64,000 nt of DNA, taken from assembly GCF_964355755.1 (NCBI RefSeq), contig NC_092671.1, positions 37,892,304 to 37,956,303 on the forward strand, in the 5' to 3' direction. Every line of letters starts with the position of its first letter. Position 1 is the first letter of the stretch. The translations under genes were made by a program, and so were the position numbers. The notes below the pieces were generated by a model. That model saw only the letters and a list, made by a program, of their open reading frames with translations. It searched no databases and had not been told where the DNA came from. This DNA is from Antedon mediterranea. Its lineage: Eukaryota > Animalia > Echinodermata. Below are positions 59,501-64,000 of this stretch, piece by piece.

Positions 59501-62500
59501 AGGCAACAGGTACAGTTGATACTAAATCTTGGCCAACAATACTGGACACTGATGACCTGCCAAAGAAAAAGCTGACGAGTTATTACCGAGCTCCTACCCC
59601 AGAAATGATGTGCTTCTTGGATTTCAGTGTGTCTACCACCGGCATGTTAGCTGGTGTAAAGGTTCGTTATTTTCAGAGAAAACAGTTTTTAACAACATAA
59701 TTGTACTACTTAAACAACTATCTTTAAATTGGCTAACTTGTTTTATTATGTAATTTTGTGACTGATATATGTTGTCCTTTGCTATGCTCGAAACATGTCA
59801 TGTTAATAAATTTATTTTGAGGCAGTTTTAAATTGTTTGATTGTTTCTATCTACCCTGCCTATACAGCTCTTTGATTTATATTTTAAAACATATTATGTA
59901 TCTCCCTTATTTCAATGAGGTTGTTTTTCTTATTTGTAGATATCACATTCGGGTGCTAGTGCACTATGTCGGTCACAAAAGTTAGCGTGTGAGCTGTACC
60001 CATCAAGGGTTATCTGCCTATGTCTGGACCCATACTCTGGCTTAGGATTTGTATTATGGAGTTTAACCAGGTAAAATATACTTTTTTGTTATTATTTTTT
60101 TAATTAAATTTCATATGCATCCAACAGCCAATAACTTAGCAATTACAGGATAGATAAACTATTTTATAATTTATCGTGCTTATAAACTAAGTCTCAATTG
60201 AGGATTAGGGAGTGGAGTTGAAAGAGTTGTGAGTTACAACCCTGGCACTAGGTCAGGATTGAACCTGGGACCTTGGGATTGGAAGACAAACACGTTCCAA
60301 CTTCCAAGCTACAGCTCCACTTTATTTTAAGCGTGGTTCCCACTAGCGACGTAACACAAGGACGTAATGCAACGCAAGTGAATTGACCAATCACAAGCGA
60401 TGGCTTATTCGCTTGTGATTGCTAACTGTCTATAACTTCGCTTGTCATTGGTTAAAACGCGTGCGTTGCGTTTACGTCCTTACGTTACATTCTAGTGGGA
60501 ACCAAGCTTAAGAGACAAATGACATGTTAGTTATAAACTAAATAAATCAGCTGTCTATTTTCTATGTCCATATATATTTTTTGCAGACAAATTTAACCCT
60601 TACCATACCTCCAGTTGCTAGTGTATTTAGTATGAAGCAGTTGATTACATGAACATAAGGGTGGAGCAGTAACACTGCCAGTTGCACCAATTCTTTTCAT
60701 AGTTGTATTTTTATAAAATAACATGGCTTTACTTGTTTTCACAGTGTTTATTCTGGTCACCAATCCATTTTGATTCCACCTTCTGAGGTGGAGGCTAACC
60801 CTGCATTATGGCTCAGCACTCTTAGTCAATACAAAGGTAAATTTACATGATTAGGTTGTGTGAGACATCCACTTTTTCACTTTTTGAAAGTTTCGTAAGA
60901 CATTCTAGAAAAACAATTATAAATTGTCTATTTTATATATGGACACATTATGCTCCCAAAACTTATTTTTGTTCCACCTCTGTTCTTGGAGAGAGAAATT
61001 ACTTGACATAATATTTTCTCTTTTTCTAGTTCGTGACACATTCTGTTCATATTCTGTGATGGAACTGTGTACCAAGGGATTAGGAACATCTGTCAATGGA
61101 CTTAAGGTAATTTTATTCGTTATTTTGTTTCAGGATATATCTGTTACAAATCAGGAATAGAAACTTAACGTAAACTGTTAAATAATTACTTTAAGCTCTG
61201 TTACAAAAACATGTGATTATGCCCATATATGGACATGCCACATGACGTCATACCACTACCATATTTGGGAATATCACTACCACATATGTGCACATCACAA
61301 TTTTTTTTTTTTCAAACTAGTCTGATAGTGTAGACAGAGTTTTAGTTTCAAATAATCTTTTTTTATACACTCAGTATTGAAATAATATTTATGTATCTAA
61401 ATAAATAAGCATACATGATTTCTTATTTCTTATAGTCTCGTGGAGTATCACTATCTGCTGTACGGTCCCTGGTTGTAGTAGCTGAGGAGAGGCCTAGAGT
61501 TGCTTTGACCACTCACTTCTGTACACTCTTCAGAACAGTTGGCCTAGCCACAAGATCAGTCAGCACTGCTTTTGGATGTCGTGTCAATGTTGCTATAGGA
61601 ATGCAGGTAAGGAAAATGTTCACCTCTTCACTCGTGTAGTATTTATGGCAAATTTAAAATAGTAATACAAATAATGAGTTGAATAGTACACCTAATCATT
61701 GTGTAACCTTTTCTATTACACGACGTGCAAAACACAAAAGACTCAAATACAGGTACAAAATATAGTGTGAGAAATTGCTTTATTGATATTGCTCACTTAA
61801 GGCTCTGACTGCGAATGCTCTTCCAAACCATTTGCATTAAGTTTAATCATTATCAGAACAAAGAAAATACACTTAATTACTAAAACAGGAATTAAAGCTA
61901 ATTGATTAATGACCGAAACAGATATACAAAAGATTATATAATAGTTAATCCTATAAACAAATAGTGGACCACAGGCATTTCCAGATTACCCTATGGGGAG
62001 TAAATGTGGTGTCTATTCACATTTTAAGTCAAAAACAAATCAACAAAATACTTAATAGCATTCCAAAATGCTGTAAATCAATTAAAAGTAAAATAATTAA
62101 AAAGCTAAAAGTAATGTATGCCACATTTGAAATGGAAAAAAATAATGCATTTCACATAAAAAAAATTGCAAGGATACAGCTCAATTTATTTCAATGATTC
62201 ATTTATACTTATCAGTCAGATTTTTCTATACTTTTAATTAATTTTAGATAAAAAAAGTTGCATATATTTGAGTTTGACATTATGTTTACAGGGAGCCTCC
62301 AGTCCTGACCCTAGCAATGTATACGTTGATGTTCGAGCTCTGCGAAATGATCGAGTTACATTGGTGGAAAAAGGCAGTCCACATGGGTTGTGTATGATGG
62401 AATCCGGCAAGGTAATGGAAAACTCATCTTTACCATAGTTAATTTAGGATACAGAAATGTATGGAAAATATATTACAGTATATAATAAATATTCTTTATT

Positions 62501-64000
62501 ACTGAATTATAGATATAATGAGTTTGGCTCACTTTTTGCAGAGTTACTTTTATATCATATATGGAATTAAATGTATTTATTATCAAAGATCTTTTAAAAT
62601 GACATTTTTTTTCTTCCAGATTCTTCCAGGTGTGAAGGTAGTAATTGCACATCCTGAAACAAAGGGACAATGTGCTGATTCTCATTTGGGAGAGGTAAGT
62701 GGGGCCTAGCTTTTACCCTGTTCTCATTCTCCTTTATTTAGATTTTATAAAATTGTTTTAAAAATTTGTATTTACAGTGATTGGGTAACTTTTGTGGAAA
62801 TGGTCTTTTCAAATAAAAAATAAAATGTTTTTTTTCTTCAGGTTTGGGTAAACAGTCCGCACAATGCAGCGGGTTATTATACCATATATGGCGATGATTC
62901 CGCCTACGCAGACCATTTTAATTCTAGGCTCACCACCGGGGATACGAATACTGTTTATGCCAGAACTGGCTATCTTGGCTTTATTAAAAGGACTGACCTG
63001 ACACAAGCTGATGGAGGTATTTAGACAGTTTTCAATCCTTTGTTTTCCCAATGATTATCAAATAGATAACTATGTTGTTTATCTGGATGGATAAGCAAGC
63101 CTGTGAGCTACAGCGATTTTAATTGCTTTTGCTTATCCTTGCCTCCTTAGATTTCCACCTGTCTTGTTTTTGTTACCTTGTTTTAAATGTATTTCGATTT
63201 TAAAGGCTAAATAAAGAATGAATGAATGAATGAATGAATCTTGTTCTTACTCTACTTTCTCAATCTCCTACAATTACCAAGTTAGTCTTTTTATTAGTGT
63301 AAAATCCTTGCTATACAATTATACAAGCAATGCATGGTCGTTTTCCTTTCAGATCGGCATGATGCTTTATTTGTTGTTGGTTCCCTAGACGAAGCGCTAT
63401 CTATGCGTGGTATGCGGTATCACCCGATAGATATTGAAAATACAGTGTTACGATGTCACAGACATATTTGTGAGAGGTCAGTATATTGTTTGTTTTATTG
63501 GGGTTTTTTTTGTGCACCTAAAAAAATGTTTGCATAAGTTAAAAAAAACTTAAATACAGTGGAAACCCCTCCAGTGAAAAGAACAAGGGAAAACTTGAAA
63601 CCAATTACCCCCCCCCCCCCCCCCCCCCCAATTAAGGGAACACATTGTGCGGTCCTGAAGGTGTCACCATCACGTGTCCGGCGCCGGAAAATCCAATTGA
63701 ACGTCAATGTTTCCTTGTCACGCGGCTATGCGCATATTGATTGGCGCATAGTCGCGTGGAGCATCGTGAAAACGAAACGTTGATATTCGATTTGCCGGAC
63801 CGGAACCATGCTAGACCAGGTTTGAAAGACTCTTTAATGTACTGATCAATCTTCTGTCATTCTGTTTATAACATAACAATAGTAAACTCGTCTTTATGCT
63901 AATAATTCTTTCTTTTGTTTTTCATTTAGTGCTGTGTTTACTTGGACAAACCTCCTAGTAGTTGTTGTGGAACTCGATGGTGATGAGAAGGAGGCTCTAG
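17106..64000 (+). CDS. DIP2: Disco-interacting protein 2 homolog (DMAP1-binding domain + two AMP-binding/FAAL-like domains); 3' end outside window
   Basis: Exons: 17106-17190, 22564-22635, 36451-36537, 38031-38153, 41028-41198, 45333-45425, 45941-46051, 47038-47117, 47680-47803, 48535-48626, 49251-49361, 49640-49763, 49998-50101, 51117-51284, 52132-52225, 53145-53264, 54065-54319, 54792-54928, 55232-55312, 55866-55993, 56142-56226, 56800-56898, 57393-57719, 58486-58651, 58920-59059, 59500-59661, 59940-60070, 60745-60836, 61030-61106, 61436-61606, 62292-62411, 62620-62694, 62842-63016, 63353-63476, 63930->64000. Motifs EGDITDKGFEKKK, PMPSKR, VSAKIQQLLNTLKRPKR, DGANPWSLSSCDAF, GRRHNTDDIIATVLAVEP, LHPTNVLMCPHTC, GMRYHPIDIE. 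Confidence 0.97.
27642..28277. repeat. Tandem repeat, ~165-bp unit x ~4, in DIP2 intron 2
   Basis: TAATGTTTTACTGATGTCTGGTTTC recurs at ~27667, 27835, 27993, 28151. Confidence 0.9.
28403..28605. mobile_element. Palindromic MITE (TAATAAGGTTTATCGCAA...TTGCGATAAACCTTATTA)
   Basis: 18-bp perfect terminal inverted repeat and internal arm symmetry (GGGAGCAATA / TATTGCTCCC). Confidence 0.75.
32026..32096. repeat. 15-bp minisatellite (CAGTTTGCCGACTCC) x ~5
   Basis: Direct tandem copies; followed by a ~190-bp direct duplication at 32165-32522. Confidence 0.85.
33864..34265. mobile_element. Two MITE family 1 copies (33864-33943 internally deleted; 34114-34265)
   Basis: TIRs with TAA/TAA and TTA/TTA flanks. 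Confidence 0.85.
36013..36190. mobile_element. MITE (TIR GTGGCCGTATTCAC); second copy 56977-57149
   Basis: Both copies share termini and internal TAAGTGAATACAATTTAAGGGAAATACTTAAATATTTATTGAG. Confidence 0.75.
37136..37339. mobile_element. Degenerate Kolobok-like MITE (TTAA|AGGAGCAGT...ACTGTCCCT|TTAA)
   Basis: Imperfect TIR with TTAA on both sides. Confidence 0.45.
38176..40222. mobile_element. Three MITE family 1 copies in DIP2 intron 4 (38176-38326, 38891-39049, 40080-40222)
   Basis: Full TIRs, all with TTA/TTA flanks. Confidence 0.9.
41640..43150 (+). mobile_element. tRNA-derived SINE B (41640-41682 + 42935-43150), split by a DNA transposon
   Basis: Joined halves match the uninterrupted reverse copy at 47228-47474; A box TGGCCGTGTGG, B-box-like GGTTCGAGGC, A-rich tail. 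Confidence 0.85.
41683..42934. mobile_element. 1252-bp non-autonomous DNA transposon, TIR CAGGGCATCA, 6-bp TSD CGTAAT
   Basis: Perfect 10-bp TIR; TSD at 41677-41682 and 42935-42940; subterminal palindromes AGGAGAGC..GC(G/T)CTCCT at both ends; no transposase ORF. Confidence 0.9.
45446..46339. mobile_element. Three MITE family 1 copies (45446-45594, 46061-46190, 46195-46339) around DIP2 exon 7
   Basis: TIRs visible; last two are adjacent. Confidence 0.9.
47228..47474 (-). mobile_element. tRNA-derived SINE B, uninterrupted copy
   Basis: Reverse complement of 41645-41682 + 42941-43130. Confidence 0.85.
48022..48222 (-). mobile_element. Helentron/DINE-1-like non-autonomous element nested in a Kolobok-like MITE; degenerate relative at ~46644-46840
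   Basis: Subterminal inverted repeats ACCTCCGCC / GGCGGAGGT, short stem-loops GTACTC-CGA-GAGTAC and ACCTCC-TTGGC-GGAGGT, internal (CA)n, A/T-run insertion site. Confidence 0.65.
50882..51060 (+). mobile_element. MITE family 2 (TIR AGC(T/G)TGGTTCCCACTAG), 179 bp
   Basis: TTA/TTA flanks; near-identical inverted copy at 60330-60508; partial at ~30283-30372. Confidence 0.9.
51229..51674 (+). repeat. 87-bp tandem repeat x5 made from the DIP2 exon 14 3' end plus its splice donor
   Basis: Units start 51229, 51316, 51403, 51490, 51577; each contains CTTTGT|GTAAGT. Confidence 0.95.
51694..51896. mobile_element. MITE family 1 copy with four internal 21-bp units
   Basis: Full TIRs; TAA/TTA flanks. 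Confidence 0.9.
53276..53593. mobile_element. Long palindromic MITE (TTTACACTAGGGC...GCCCTAGTGTAAA)
   Basis: Arm symmetry extends inward (TCTAGAACT..TAGGATAATCATTTA / TAAATGATTATCCTA..AGTTCTAGA). Confidence 0.75.
54994..55467. mobile_element. Two MITE family 1 copies (54994-55133, 55335-55467) flanking DIP2 exon 19
   Basis: TIRs; first has TAA/TAA TSD with a recognisable empty-site paralogue. Confidence 0.85.
57811..58198. mobile_element. Two truncated/deleted MITE family 1 copies (57811-57940, 58107-58198)
   Basis: Partial TIRs and internal sequence. Confidence 0.8.
59175..59450 (-). mobile_element. tRNA-derived CORE-like SINE with LINE-type tail
   Basis: Minus strand: B box GGTTCGAATCC, CCTTAGGCAAG...CCAGGTGTATAAATGGGTA core-like segment, (TAT)n-like tail. 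Confidence 0.6.
60330..60508 (-). mobile_element. MITE family 2, inverted copy
   Basis: Reverse complement of 50882-51060 with few substitutions. Confidence 0.9.
61194..61341. mobile_element. MITE family 1 copy (degenerate left TIR)
   Basis: AGCTCTGT...GATAGTGTAGACAGAGTT, TTA/TTA flanks. Confidence 0.8.

Noticed and set aside
62611-62630. Tandem TTCTTCCAG acceptors at DIP2 exon 32
   Set aside because: Second AG is 10 nt downstream and out of frame; it lies in conserved ILPG codons, so likely coincidental.
63559-63783. Proline-rich 74-aa ORF
   Set aside because: Poly-C run within a TACAGTGGAAACC-starting transposon-like remnant in a DIP2 intron.

Overview
AT-rich, intron-rich invertebrate animal genomic DNA; no prokaryotic features and no CRISPR. 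Genes I can reconstruct: (1) an uncharacterised single-ORF 383-aa low-complexity protein with a C-terminal PP1-docking RVxF-like motif (-); (2) a small FRS2/Dok-like IRS-type PTB-domain gene whose apparent first exon is frameshifted (-); (3) ZNF593/Bud20 (3 exons, +); (4) a 90-aa signal-peptide + single-TM + PDZ-ligand microprotein that the ORF track does not assemble (+); (5) CNPPD1 (9 exons, +); (6) DIP2 (at least 35 exons, +, runs off the right end). Introns and intergenic DNA carry many non-autonomous elements: a ~21-copy TWA-flanked MITE, hAT-, pogo/Tigger-, Kolobok- and Helentron-type elements, tRNA-derived SINEs and LINE tails. Most notable: a three-level nested insertion with a 6-bp TSD, repeated duplication of DIP2 exon/intron junctions (including five tandem copies of one splice donor), apparent clustering of MITEs just downstream of splice donors, and the two small unannotated-looking genes. 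Exon boundaries were read by eye from GT-AG sites and phase continuity; family assignments rest on remembered motifs, not database searches.
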